From a virus (taxonomy: Duplodnaviria > Caudoviricetes), in the IMG/VR virus record IMGVR_UViG_3300031992_000030: a DNA stretch of 64,000 nt. One strand, 5' to 3'. The translations under genes and the position numbers were made by a program. The notes below the pieces were generated by a model. That model was given only the letters and a program-made list of their open reading frames with translations. It had not been told where the DNA came from and ran no database searches. Of the stretch, positions 10,459 to 20,382 are shown one piece after another (the stretch's first letter is position 1; each line of letters opens with the position of its first letter).

Positions 10459-10506
10459 AAAAAAATCCCTCGATAGATAAAGACAAACATCTAAATCTAT
10501 CGAGGG
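10459..10506 (-). terminator. Intrinsic terminator after the endolysin gene
   Basis: CCCTCGATAGAT/ATCTATCGAGGG inverted repeat plus U-run. Confidence 0.65.
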
Positions 10507-10549
10507 TAGTAATAATAATTAAATTAAATGTATATAATATTTATCTTTA

Positions 10550-11530
10550 TCAAATTTTAGTAGTATATTTAAGTGAAATATATTGTTCTGTTTCAATTTT
10601 TCCCCAACCATTTATTTCTTCAAGAATAGTTACAACATAACCAAAAGGAAGTGGACTTCTTACAGTAGGATAATTTGTACCTGGGCCTTTTCTTACATTA
10701 AGACCTGACTTTGAATTTACTTTTGCTTTGTAACCTATTGTAGTCTTTGCGGCAATTGCTGCTGCGAGAGCAGCTTCTGACTTAGGTCCCCATAATCCGT
10801 CTGGATCCATTCCAGCCTTTTTCTGGAAATCAAGTACAGCAGCTTGAGTATTCTTACCCCAATCACCATCTTCTGTAAGTTTATATCCTACCTGATTTAA
10901 TCCATGCTGAATCTTCTTAACTTCCTCTCCCTTTGAACCAAGGTGTGGATAAGGAATTGGGTCAGAAGTAGGCACTGGTGAAACTTCTGCTTTGGAGCCG
11001 TTCTCAATAGCAATTGCAACGTGGTGCTTTTCATTAAGAATAATATCTCCTTCAAGTAAGTAATCACCTGATGTAAGGTACTTCTTCTCGGTCAGAATCG
11101 TGAACTCGCCACTGGCCGCACACAAACTCTTCAAATCGCCAGTATATGCCAATTTATTTTCTCTATTTTTATTTCTCATTTTCTCTTCTGGTGTACCGGT
11201 AGCAACAATAACGGCAGCAACGAGAGCGCTACAATCTGTTTCTGTTGGTTTTGTAATTTTAGAAAAATCATTACCAACTTTTTTAACTTCTGTTAAAAGT
11301 TTTTCTCTCTCCCACTGGTCATATCCAATATTGTCATTTGCACAAGCGGCTTTCATTGCTTCAGCCATTCTATGTGCCTTTTTTCTATCTTTTGGTCGTA
11401 TAACTACGTCCCAACCAGTTTTACCATAACTATACCAATTAGTAATTTTTACCTCTTTTCCATTTTGGTCTCCGGCCTTGCCGCCGTGAGCCTGTCCCTT
11501 TTCATCTATTGAGGCTTGTGCTATTCTCAT
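10550..11530 (-). CDS. Endolysin: NlpC/P60-like cysteine amidase, PG_binding_1 and SH3b domains
   Basis: DCSALV...HHVAI catalytic Cys/His; GSKGEEVKKIQ..DGDWGKNT..AV..FQ..DG.WGPKS; LNVRKGPGTNY...GWG. Confidence 0.85.
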   Translation of the reverse strand: MRIAQASIDEKGQAHGGKAGDQNGKEVKITNWYSYGKTGWDVVIRPKDRKKAHRMAEAMKAACANDNIGYDQWEREKLLTEVKKVGNDFSKITKPTETDCSALVAAVIVATGTPEEKMRNKNRENKLAYTGDLKSLCAASGEFTILTEKKYLTSGDYLLEGDIILNEKHHVAIAIENGSKAEVSPVPTSDPIPYPHLGSKGEEVKKIQHGLNQVGYKLTEDGDWGKNTQAAVLDFQKKAGMDPDGLWGPKSEAALAAAIAAKTTIGYKAKVNSKSGLNVRKGPGTNYPTVRSPLPFGYVVTILEEINGWGKIETEQYISLKYTTKI

Positions 11531-11545
11531 TTTTCATTTCCTCCT

Positions 11546-11710
11546 TTACCAATATGTTTTTTGTAAACCCAATGTACAAAGACATATACCTGAACCACCA
11601 TTTTTAGGATTATTAGAACAGGTATCACAAGGACTTATAGTTTTATCTTCTTGTGTTATGTAATTATAAAAATTTAAATCTTTAAATTCAAAATCTTCAT
11701 ACTTGTCCAT
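11546..11710 (-). CDS. Small Cys-rich hypothetical protein
   Basis: MDKYEDF...CDTC...GSGICLC, with GGAGG RBS. Confidence 0.55.
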   Translation of the reverse strand: MDKYEDFEFKDLNFYNYITQEDKTISPCDTCSNNPKNGGSGICLCTLGLQKTYW

Positions 11711-11711
11711 A

Positions 11712-12944
11712 TTACATCTCCTCCGCCTTTTGGGCAATCTTACTTCTGTGACAATTCTTCAAATAAGCAGTACCAAAATATGGCTCATTTTTAAAGACCT
11801 GACACAATCTTTTTAATCCATTATTTGCACCTTCATAATCTACCATATCAACTTGTGTGAAATCATCGCCGCAGATAACACAAACTGAATCTTCTCCGAT
11901 TCTCTGTAACATTAATTTCATCATTTCAACAGTTGAGTTTTGTGCTTCATCTATATAAATTCCACAATTCATACCCGTACTATCAAAACCTCTAATATCA
12001 GATACGGGTAGTAATAGTAATTTATCTTCTGCAATAAGTTTTTCTACCGCAATCATATCTCCAAGTTTACTAGCTAATAAGTTACCAACCTGCGAGTCCA
12101 GAAGTTTTTCGTCTCTGGTGCCAGGATAGAAACCGAGCTTAGCACTTCCCTTCGTAGCGACCGTGTTGCAGAAAACAATGATTTTGTCAATTTTTCCATT
12201 ATCCAACAGGGCAAAAAGATATCCAAGACCTAGGTAGCTCTTACCTGTACCAGCAGGGCCGCGCAAAACAGTTAACTTATTTCTAACTAAACTATCACAC
12301 GCCATTTTCTGATATATATCATCTTTTAAAGGTTTTACTTCACCAAAATAATTAGAGAAAAAAGCATTAGTTTTAATTCTTTTATGCTCTTCTCCATTCC
12401 ACATATATAAGTCTAATATGTTTCCCACAATATCTTTGATAACTACATATTCATTAACAAAGAGATTGAACATATTATCTCCCAAATTAGAATAAAAATC
12501 ACACATTTGAGTATCAGTAAGCATAACTTCTCTGTATCCAAAATATTCTTCTTCCTTGACTTCTTCTACTGGTGTTACGTGTTTTAGTACCAGTTGCGCA
12601 ATATTGCGGCAAGCCCTATCTCCGGTTACAAACTCTATATCCTTACTCTTGGAGTAAAAATATGGTTTGTTTAAGTAACACGCACAAGCAACGATTTTAG
12701 CATCATCGTTGATTTCCAAATCAAGTTTCTTTAATGGTTTAAGCATTTTGTTTTGAAAAGTTACTACTTCGTGATCGACTATATCTAAATCACGTAGTGC
12801 TCTTCTTGCCTTGTATTTCACTTCGTCACTTTTTCTTTCAGAGTTCTTTATATTCTCCAATTCTTTTAAAGTAATTGAAGATATTGCAAAGTTCTCTGCA
12901 GGCAGATTTCCAGATAACAAAGCGTTAGTATCTAAGAATTTCAT
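11712..12944 (-). CDS. phoH: PIN domain plus PhoH-like ATPase
   Basis: N-terminal LDTNALL...ELE...NDDAKI...VTGD (PIN); GPAGTGKS, LGFYPG, IRG, IDEAQN, RIGEDS, GD..QVD, HRS (PhoH). Confidence 0.9.
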   Translation of the reverse strand: MKFLDTNALLSGNLPAENFAISSITLKELENIKNSERKSDEVKYKARRALRDLDIVDHEVVTFQNKMLKPLKKLDLEINDDAKIVACACYLNKPYFYSKSKDIEFVTGDRACRNIAQLVLKHVTPVEEVKEEEYFGYREVMLTDTQMCDFYSNLGDNMFNLFVNEYVVIKDIVGNILDLYMWNGEEHKRIKTNAFFSNYFGEVKPLKDDIYQKMACDSLVRNKLTVLRGPAGTGKSYLGLGYLFALLDNGKIDKIIVFCNTVATKGSAKLGFYPGTRDEKLLDSQVGNLLASKLGDMIAVEKLIAEDKLLLLPVSDIRGFDSTGMNCGIYIDEAQNSTVEMMKLMLQRIGEDSVCVICGDDFTQVDMVDYEGANNGLKRLCQVFKNEPYFGTAYLKNCHRSKIAQKAEEM

Positions 12945-13195
12945 TCTTCTTCTTCCTCCGGTTCTTCTTCTTCATCATCTTCTTTACAAATATAACAACC
13001 TGTATCAAAGCCAATAGCTGGAGCGCGCTCCACTTCGTCATTGTCTATTTCTTGTTGTATTTTCATCATTTGTAATTGAATTTTTCCTTTTGATAATTCA
13101 AATTTCATACAAATAAATGATATAAAAGATTCAACAACCGGTAATGCAATTTCAGCAAATGCTATACCAAGGATAAAATATAACAATTCTGTCAT
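12941..13195 (-). CDS. Small membrane protein with acidic tail
   Basis: N-terminal hydrophobic segment, PAIGF motif, poly-Glu C-terminus. Confidence 0.6.
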   Translation of the reverse strand: MTELLYFILGIAFAEIALPVVESFISFICMKFELSKGKIQLQMMKIQQEIDNDEVERAPAIGFDTGCYICKEDDEEEEPEEEEE

Positions 13196-13265
13196 ATTAT
13201 GTCCTCCTTTTTTCTCTTACTTCTGGGAATATTCCCTAATATATATAAAAAATAAGGAGGGTTTT

Positions 13266-13706
13266 TTAACCCCCCTTGACCAATCCTCTATGTTTACGAG
13301 CTTTTTGATAAAATTCTTCTTTTAACTTAATATATTCAGCAGTTTCTTGTAACTTAAAATTCTTAAATTCGTTAAGTTCGGCTATATCGGATTTGATTTC
13401 GTGCATCTTTTTACGCATACGTCTTGCTTCGAAAGACTTAGAATTGAATTTTTTACATTGAGTCATTTCATTATATAGAGATTCGATTGCTTTAAGTTGG
13501 GGTTTAAGTTCTTTATTTATAATATAAGTTAAATGCTTAACCTGAGCCCTGTTGAGTGCTATAAAAGTTCCAACTTTTTCGCTTTTCATATCTTGATCCT
13601 GTTCGTGACATTTAGCAGTACCTACAAAAGTCATTCCATTTTCGTGAATTGTAACAATGGCCAAGCCTAACTCCTCTTCCCAACTATATATATATTTTAC
13701 TGACAT
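13266..13706 (-). CDS. Hypothetical phage protein
   Basis: 146 aa, G.AKCH..D motif, RBS. Confidence 0.65.
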   Translation of the reverse strand: MSVKYIYSWEEELGLAIVTIHENGMTFVGTAKCHEQDQDMKSEKVGTFIALNRAQVKHLTYIINKELKPQLKAIESLYNEMTQCKKFNSKSFEARRMRKKMHEIKSDIAELNEFKNFKLQETAEYIKLKEEFYQKARKHRGLVKGG

Positions 13707-13830
13707 AGAAAACTCCTTTTATCATTTTCTAATATTTTAACATTTTTTTTGACTTTTCCAAAGAAAAATTTATATAGGTGCGGGCGTTGGTCAGGACGAT
13801 CGCGGGGGTCAGTTAAAACCCCCGCATTAG

Positions 13831-14019
13831 TCAGTTCTTTAATCCCATAGATGTTACAAATCGTTCATAACAACTTGCACAAATATCCAATTCTGGCTCG
13901 ACTATACCACCATAAAGATCAATTTTCTTTCTTATAATATATTTCTGCTTACTATAATTATCTCTTTTATTGTCCAATTCTTTATTGCAAATATCGCAAT
14001 AATAAACTTCCTTTTTCAT
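13831..14019 (-). CDS. Zn-ribbon protein
   Basis: CDIC...DICASC. Confidence 0.6.
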   Translation of the reverse strand: MKKEVYYCDICNKELDNKRDNYSKQKYIIRKKIDLYGGIVEPELDICASCYERFVTSMGLKN

Positions 14020-14022
14020 TAA

Positions 14023-14289
14023 TTACCTCCAACTTGATCTAACTATCCAGTGCTTTCTTCCTCGTTCAAGATACAAAATACCGTGATCATCAAGGTCATA
14101 CTCTACCATACTATCAAGCGTAGCCATAGCCTCTTCCTTTGTGTCGCAAACTATATCACTATGCAAAGTCAAGTTGCCGTGATATCCATTACTAAGACCA
14201 GGGGTATACGCAAACGCGTTCAAGTGTCTAAGTATCTTAGATTCAGAAGTATTAAAATCATATGTAGTATATCTGTAATTAAGTAACAT
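14023..14289 (-). CDS. Hypothetical protein
   Basis: Operonic spacing with neighbours. Confidence 0.55.
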   Translation of the reverse strand: MLLNYRYTTYDFNTSESKILRHLNAFAYTPGLSNGYHGNLTLHSDIVCDTKEEAMATLDSMVEYDLDDHGILYLERGRKHWIVRSSWR

Positions 14290-14291
14290 AT

Positions 14292-14609
14292 TCAGTTCAC
14301 CCCCATTATCTTGTTCTCGTTCTTGAGTGTCGCATCGACCCTCGCCGCAAGCTCTCCATAAGTTAAAACCCTATTTTGATGCTCGTCAAAATTACCATTT
14401 TTAAACTCGAATAAAAAATCTTCGTAAGTGTAATTATCATCACACTCACAAAAATTAACTTCTTGTTTACAATGGATACAATAAAGTCTTTTTAAATGTC
14501 CTCGTTCTCGATACTGATTTCGTTTCCGAGCGACACTTATACCCTTATTCCCGCACTTGCAACAATAAAATTCGTGCGAGAAATCAAAGCCTCTGTTTTG
14601 TTTTCCCAT
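14292..14609 (-). CDS. Zn-ribbon protein
   Basis: CCKCG...GHLKRLYCIHC; own sigmaA promoter. Confidence 0.65.
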   Translation of the reverse strand: MGKQNRGFDFSHEFYCCKCGNKGISVARKRNQYRERGHLKRLYCIHCKQEVNFCECDDNYTYEDFLFEFKNGNFDEHQNRVLTYGELAARVDATLKNENKIMGVN

Positions 14610-14721
14610 TTATTATCACTTCCTTTATTTTTTCTATACATATATTATATCATAAAAAAATAAGTCTGTCAAGGTAAATTTTTATAATAAAAAAAGGGAC
14701 TCATTACTGAGTCCCTACTGT

Positions 14722-15957
14722 TTAACTTTGTGGATAATAACTATTTATTAATTCTTGAGCATAATTATACTCTTCTTTTGTACTTCTTATAAGAGAGAAA
14801 ATCTTGTTTCCTGTCTCTTCATCTGGTGTAACTAAATATACTTGTTTAATTAATGTCATACAATCTTGCAAGTCCTGTTTCAAATTAGCGACTGTAGCAT
14901 CAAATTCTTCTTGTATAGCATAATTTCCAAAATTATTATGTGTTTGAGGCTCAAGAGTGCAGAAAGTAAAATATGTATTATAGCCTACGATACCATCATG
15001 TTCGTATACATAATCTATGAGAGTTTTCATTTGTCCATTTGTATCATTTGCTACCGGTTTTGCCTCTTTAACTCTTTGTACTAAAGCGGTTAATAAACTC
15101 TCTGTCTGCCATTTGGTTCCAGATGGTTCACCAGAGATAGTAGTACCTTGAATATAAGCGTTTTGTGCGTCGATAGCATTAGCTAAAAGTATATTTGATA
15201 CATAATTCTGTAAATAATTTGTTTGAAGACCGCTCTTAAGGTCGGCTACATCCTCTAAAGATTCATAAGTAAAATCAATATACACAGGAATTTCGGTAGC
15301 ACTTGTAATTAAATTATTATATACACCATATGTAGTATTAAAAGAGTCAATCAAGTTCTTTTGAGCCTGATATTCTGTATCCCAAGAGTGGACACTATCT
15401 ATACCAAATCTAACTGTTTTAAATTTATAGTCAAAGTTATACTTTTTGGTATTCCAAGTGCTTTTTTGGGTAATATCAGGGTTATCTATATTATTAGAAT
15501 AAATAGCAACCAATTCATCGCCTAAACTTTTCATTTGGGTTCTGTATTCAGAATTTGAGTTTTCATATACAGTAGTATAGTTATGTTGATTATCTTGAGC
15601 ATACATATATTCCATATACTCAGCCATTTCTTGCAACCATGCGGCAGCTTCTTGGGTTCTCCACATAATACCTTTTGTACTATTTGCCCAGATATACCAC
15701 TCTGCACCGGTTTCATCAACAAGAATTATTTTATCAAATTTGTTATTTTCTTTTGCTTCTTCAATTTCTTGTTTTATAGTTTTGTTATTATCAGAAACAC
15801 CAAATTTGGAAAAAATTGCTTTTCCTATATCTCTTAAAGAAATTTTTCTTGAAGCCTTTGCTCTATTTGAATTTAATGTGCAAATTTCAAGAGTATCACT
15901 TGAATTTACAACATCTGAACTTACAGAAGTAAGTTGTGATATTTTCTTTTGTGGCAT
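14722..15957 (-). CDS. Virion fibre/appendage-like protein with KIS(E/Q)L N-terminal adaptor
   Basis: N-terminus resembles those of the three adjacent fibre genes; helical C-terminal region of unknown function. Confidence 0.55.
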   Translation of the reverse strand: MPQKKISQLTSVSSDVVNSSDTLEICTLNSNRAKASRKISLRDIGKAIFSKFGVSDNNKTIKQEIEEAKENNKFDKIILVDETGAEWYIWANSTKGIMWRTQEAAAWLQEMAEYMEYMYAQDNQHNYTTVYENSNSEYRTQMKSLGDELVAIYSNNIDNPDITQKSTWNTKKYNFDYKFKTVRFGIDSVHSWDTEYQAQKNLIDSFNTTYGVYNNLITSATEIPVYIDFTYESLEDVADLKSGLQTNYLQNYVSNILLANAIDAQNAYIQGTTISGEPSGTKWQTESLLTALVQRVKEAKPVANDTNGQMKTLIDYVYEHDGIVGYNTYFTFCTLEPQTHNNFGNYAIQEEFDATVANLKQDLQDCMTLIKQVYLVTPDEETGNKIFSLIRSTKEEYNYAQELINSYYPQS

Positions 15958-15972
15958 TTACTTACTCCTTTC

Positions 15973-17190
15973 TTAAGTCCAACTATAAGTCGGAATTCCA
16001 TTAGTTACTGTGCAAGTTAAAGTATATGTTCCATCTGTTGTAGGGGGGTCTGGAAGCATTGTATTAAGACTTTTACTTCCCATAAAAGTTAAATCACCAG
16101 CAATCATCTCATTACCAGACCAATCAAGAGTGCGGGCATTACTACGAGTGGTAACAGCGGGTGTTACAGAAGAATCATAAGTTCCATTTCCAATAATTTC
16201 AGCATATACATCTTGATTATCTTCTATATTATATCTACCACCAGCGTGTTGATTTTCACTAGCTGCTATGGTACCATAACCTTCTGCGTGAGAATTTTGT
16301 GCCGTTGCTTTACAACCTGCACCTTCCGCATGTGCTTGTGCAGCCGTAGCTTGAGTACCTCCACCTTCTGCGTGAGATTGCATACCAGAAGCAAGTGTAC
16401 CTGCACCTTCTGCGTGAGAATCATCGCCAGTTGCTCTACAACCTGCACCTTCTGAGTGTGACTGTGCTCCACTTGCAATGCTACCAGCACCTTCGGCATG
16501 GGCACTAGTATTTGAAGCTTGTGTAAAAGTACCTTCAGCATGGGATGAATTACCAGAAGCTGTAGTACTAGTACCCTCAGAATGAGCATTTGCACCAGAA
16601 GCTGTAGTACTAGTACCCTCAGAATGAGTATTTGCAGCAGAAGCGGAAGTACTTGAACCTTCAGCATGTGCATTTGTAGCAGAAGCAGTACAACCATTTC
16701 CTTCAGCATGTGCTCTTTGCGCTGAAACAGTATTATTTTGTCCTTCTACATGTGAAACTGCTCCATTAGCAGTTATAGTATTACTATAACCTTCTGCATG
16801 AATGTTAGCAGATAAAACAGTAGGGTCTATTGTGTGATTAGCACCTTCTATATATTGCTTATTTTCCCATTTTTCAGTTGTAGAATTATATTGTAAAAGC
16901 TGATTTGCGGCGGGGTTAGTTATCGTCACGTCGGTTAGGTCACTGAGTACCTCACGACCGCCGGCCGCAAGTTCGTCAATTGCTCCTTGTACATTGGTTG
17001 CGGTTAATCCAGATTCAGAATTATCATATTCCATATCTTCTGTTGGTAATGCTCCCGCAAGTGCTTCAATATTTATTCTTCTATCTTCATATGTTTCTGG
17101 GTTATCACTAACTTTGTGAGCCAAATATAAGCCATCTTGTGAACCAACTTCACTTGAACTAATAGTTTCTAAACTACTCAATTTTGCCAT
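15973..17190 (-). CDS. Tail fibre/adhesin with YadA-head-like (HAEG) repeats
   Basis: Many tandem 14-aa repeats xASGxxSHAEGxxT; SGLTATNVQGAIDEL motif; start placed at MAKLSS after GGAGGT. Confidence 0.8.
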   Translation of the reverse strand: MAKLSSLETISSSEVGSQDGLYLAHKVSDNPETYEDRRINIEALAGALPTEDMEYDNSESGLTATNVQGAIDELAAGGREVLSDLTDVTITNPAANQLLQYNSTTEKWENKQYIEGANHTIDPTVLSANIHAEGYSNTITANGAVSHVEGQNNTVSAQRAHAEGNGCTASATNAHAEGSSTSASAANTHSEGTSTTASGANAHSEGTSTTASGNSSHAEGTFTQASNTSAHAEGAGSIASGAQSHSEGAGCRATGDDSHAEGAGTLASGMQSHAEGGGTQATAAQAHAEGAGCKATAQNSHAEGYGTIAASENQHAGGRYNIEDNQDVYAEIIGNGTYDSSVTPAVTTRSNARTLDWSGNEMIAGDLTFMGSKSLNTMLPDPPTTDGTYTLTCTVTNGIPTYSWT

Positions 17191-17237
17191 TTTGTATTTT
17201 ACCTCCTTCTTCTCTATTTTATTATTCAATAATTATG

Positions 17238-17272
17238 AAAAAAAATAAGGGTAGATTATAATAATCTACCCT
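17238..17272 (-). terminator. Intrinsic terminator, near-identical to the one at 20346-20382
   Basis: AGGGTAGATTA/TAATCTACCCT hairpin plus U-run. Confidence 0.65.
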
Positions 17273-17278
17273 TTTAAA

Positions 17279-18637
17279 TTATGTACCTTTATAAAGACAA
17301 AAATAAGGTCTGAAATATTCACTTGAGTTAGAATCATATATATAAAGTGAACTATATAATTGACATATATGTAATTTGTTTTTACCGGTTTCAACATCGT
17401 TAACACTATCTGACCAATTTATTTCTTCTTCATGATACTGATCCCTTAACCAAACCGGTGTATTTAAATTATCAGCATTAATAAAAAAGGGATTAAGCTT
17501 AAATAAAGGAAATTGAATTGAATCTGCTGTTGTTTCAAACCTTTTTCTATTATAATGAAAATGTCCATCGGTATATACAATATCTGTTTCAAAATTGTTA
17601 TCTACCCCTGCAGTTCTAACTCCATAGCATTGTTGTTCCGTCATGACCTCTACTCGCCCATTCATCCATCTAGTAGTTATTAAACCTGGTTGATTTGTAG
17701 AATCTATTGTTGCTAATAAAGGAAAATCTAAAATATTATTTTTTGAAGTAAATGTTTGTTCAATAATATCCTCACTATGAATTAGTCCTTCTCCTCCTGA
17801 AGTAACAGAAAAATCGTTACCTAAGTAATAAACAAACACAGCGGTATTCTTTGGTATCCCATTTGAATTAAAAGTAGAATTAGGGTTAGAAGGATGAAAA
17901 TTTTTTCCTCCCTTAATTTTTACTGTATAGTCGTTACCTGTTGGTTCTTCGGCTATATCCCAATAAATTACTCCATCATCAACAGTTGGATCTGATATAT
18001 ATACACAACAGATGAAACTTACTTTTATTTTTGATATGTTAGAATAAAAAACCGTTTCATTTTCTTTTAAAGTAGTAGTAGAAAAACGCCAATTGAGATA
18101 CCCTTTCCAAGTTGAAAAGGTATATCTTCCACGAGTATTACTATATGGAACACCTGCGTTTAAAGTTTGATCAGGTACTATAACCGCATGATGTTTATTA
18201 CAAGGTTTTTTACCTACTCCATAATAATAATCAAAGGCTGCAATTCGATAGTTTATGCCAGAATTACCAGACCAATAATCACCTATAAATAAATCTTTAA
18301 AAGTTCCATTTTCTATTGCCTCTAACTGTTTTTCAGTGGGAGATTCACCTAACCATTTTCCACGATAAATGGAATTGTGGAAGCCGGCTCCAGCAGGCTC
18401 TTTGTCCTTGTTAAAAATTTCATTTATAGCACCTATTATTGTTTTTATTTTTGTTTGTAATTGTGTTGAAAAATTAAAAATAGAACATAACCAATTACTA
18501 AAATTTTCAATAGAAGAATGTTGAGATAAATAATTGAAATAAATAGCAGAAGCAGGAGAGGTTATTTCCATTAAATCTGAATTATAAATATGAGTTGATT
18601 CTTCTAATTCTGAAATTCTTTTTGTTTCTTGTGCCAT
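17279..18637 (-). CDS. Receptor-binding/fibre protein with putative C-type-lectin-like (DUF6273-like) domain
   Basis: LQT..K.IIGAINE, HNSIYRG, FIGDYW, YRIAAFDYY, QFPLF, WLRD, RPYF; paralogue of 18651-20300. Confidence 0.65.
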   Translation of the reverse strand: MAQETKRISELEESTHIYNSDLMEITSPASAIYFNYLSQHSSIENFSNWLCSIFNFSTQLQTKIKTIIGAINEIFNKDKEPAGAGFHNSIYRGKWLGESPTEKQLEAIENGTFKDLFIGDYWSGNSGINYRIAAFDYYYGVGKKPCNKHHAVIVPDQTLNAGVPYSNTRGRYTFSTWKGYLNWRFSTTTLKENETVFYSNISKIKVSFICCVYISDPTVDDGVIYWDIAEEPTGNDYTVKIKGGKNFHPSNPNSTFNSNGIPKNTAVFVYYLGNDFSVTSGGEGLIHSEDIIEQTFTSKNNILDFPLLATIDSTNQPGLITTRWMNGRVEVMTEQQCYGVRTAGVDNNFETDIVYTDGHFHYNRKRFETTADSIQFPLFKLNPFFINADNLNTPVWLRDQYHEEEINWSDSVNDVETGKNKLHICQLYSSLYIYDSNSSEYFRPYFCLYKGT

Positions 18638-18650
18638 TTTAACAACCTCC

Positions 18651-20300
18651 TCAATTAGAAACCATTGGAGGGATAAAAGGGTTTTGAGTATAAGCGAGAT
18701 TAAAAATAGGTCTAATCCCAAAAGAGCTCAATCCTCCAGTACCAGATTGTGCGGTGACTTCACCTGTGGCATTAACCCCCAAAAATAAGGTATTAAAGGC
18801 ATTTAATTCAGATATTACATAAGGGTCTTGACTCAGCGGAGTTGCATGACATCTGTCTCTTAACCAATATCCTTTTCCACAACAACGTAAATCAGGACGT
18901 AATGTAAAAAGCGGTAATTGAGAACATTCTCCATTTGGTTCAAAATTACCATCACTAACGGTATTTGATGTTTGAATAGTAAAATTATCTTCAACTCCAA
19001 TAGTTCTATTTCCTGTAATTTGCTGTTCTGTTGGTATTTCTACATCTGAAGTACAATATCGATAACCAAATTGTCCTAAATGTATCCATTTCCCTGCACT
19101 AAAAATACGACTGGTTTGCATAATATGACTATTTAAACCAAATGCTCTTTCAATAATTCTTTTTGCTTGGTTAAGTCCTCCATAATTATTACCATATTTA
19201 TAAGTAACTTTTATAGTTTGTGCATTTTTAAATGACGTACTAGCTAATTGATAACCATTAAGTCCTAACTGCCAATATAGAATTTGCTGTCCATCTACTA
19301 ATATTTCTACTATAGAAGGAACACGATTACCTCCAGTGTCAGCATTATAGGTAGGAAGTAAAGCTTGATGTGATAAAACTACATAACTTGAGTCAAATTC
19401 TCCGTAAGATGTTTGTACGTCAGAACTTGAAAATGTTTCTTCAACTGTTTGAATATCAGAATCATTCATATAAGCATACATGAGAATAATTTCATTAAAA
19501 GTTGGGGTAATAGGACTAGTTCGTGGAAAACCATAAACTAATTTATTTCCATAATTTATGTGCCAAGTATTAGAAGAATAACTTATTACATTATTATCCA
19601 CTATTAAAAATCCATTAACTGGATAATGGTCTAAATCAATAGCAAAAATTTTCGTTCCATTACCTACATCGAATAAATATCCATCACTATTTGAATGAGT
19701 TTCTGAAACAGATTTATATCCTCGCATATCGCTCCAAGTATATCCACTCATAGCTCCAATACCAGTGGAAGTAAAGATTTGAGTTGGGCCAGGAACTATA
19801 ACTTCATCAGGGATGACAGTAATATGAGGTGCAGCATTTCCTTCATAACCAACCCCTCTAAAATAATCAAAGGCGGCTATACGCCAAGTGATCCATTGGT
19901 CGGTTTCTTGGTCATAAGTTTTCCAGAAATCTCCAATGAACATATTGTGGAACTTGTCTTGAGCGATAGTATTCCAGTCTATGTTAGCAGGGTCACCCAA
20001 GTCCGCGCCTCTAAAAAAGGAATTGTGAGCACCTGGGCCGTCGGGGACTGAATTCCAAAATCCTCCATCTGAATTCAATTCATTAATAGCACCAATTATA
20101 TTTTTTGCATTAGTTTGAAGTGAATCAAAATTTAATACAGAACCTATCCAATTACCCAAGCGCGATAAGGTTAATTTTTTAGATTTATATGGATGTTCAG
20201 AACCTTCTGGTTGAGGCGAAGATATTTCTATTACTTCATTTCCATTTAGATTATCAGTTCCTAAAGGTAATTCAGAAATTTTAACATTCTCTTTAGACAT
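18651..20300 (-). CDS. Receptor-binding/fibre protein with putative C-type-lectin-like (DUF6273-like) domain
   Basis: KISEL N-terminus, HNSFFRG, FIGDFW, WRIAAFDYF, QLPLF, YWLRD, GIRPIF. Confidence 0.65.
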   Translation of the reverse strand: MSKENVKISELPLGTDNLNGNEVIEISSPQPEGSEHPYKSKKLTLSRLGNWIGSVLNFDSLQTNAKNIIGAINELNSDGGFWNSVPDGPGAHNSFFRGADLGDPANIDWNTIAQDKFHNMFIGDFWKTYDQETDQWITWRIAAFDYFRGVGYEGNAAPHITVIPDEVIVPGPTQIFTSTGIGAMSGYTWSDMRGYKSVSETHSNSDGYLFDVGNGTKIFAIDLDHYPVNGFLIVDNNVISYSSNTWHINYGNKLVYGFPRTSPITPTFNEIILMYAYMNDSDIQTVEETFSSSDVQTSYGEFDSSYVVLSHQALLPTYNADTGGNRVPSIVEILVDGQQILYWQLGLNGYQLASTSFKNAQTIKVTYKYGNNYGGLNQAKRIIERAFGLNSHIMQTSRIFSAGKWIHLGQFGYRYCTSDVEIPTEQQITGNRTIGVEDNFTIQTSNTVSDGNFEPNGECSQLPLFTLRPDLRCCGKGYWLRDRCHATPLSQDPYVISELNAFNTLFLGVNATGEVTAQSGTGGLSSFGIRPIFNLAYTQNPFIPPMVSN

Positions 20301-20345
20301 AAAAGAGACCTCCTTTTCTCTTATTTTTGTTCTTTATAAAATATA

Positions 20346-20382
20346 AAAAAAATAAGGGGTAGATTACAATAATCTACCCCTA
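20346..20382 (-). terminator. Intrinsic terminator
   Basis: AGGGGTAGATT/AATCTACCCCT hairpin plus U-run. Confidence 0.65.
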
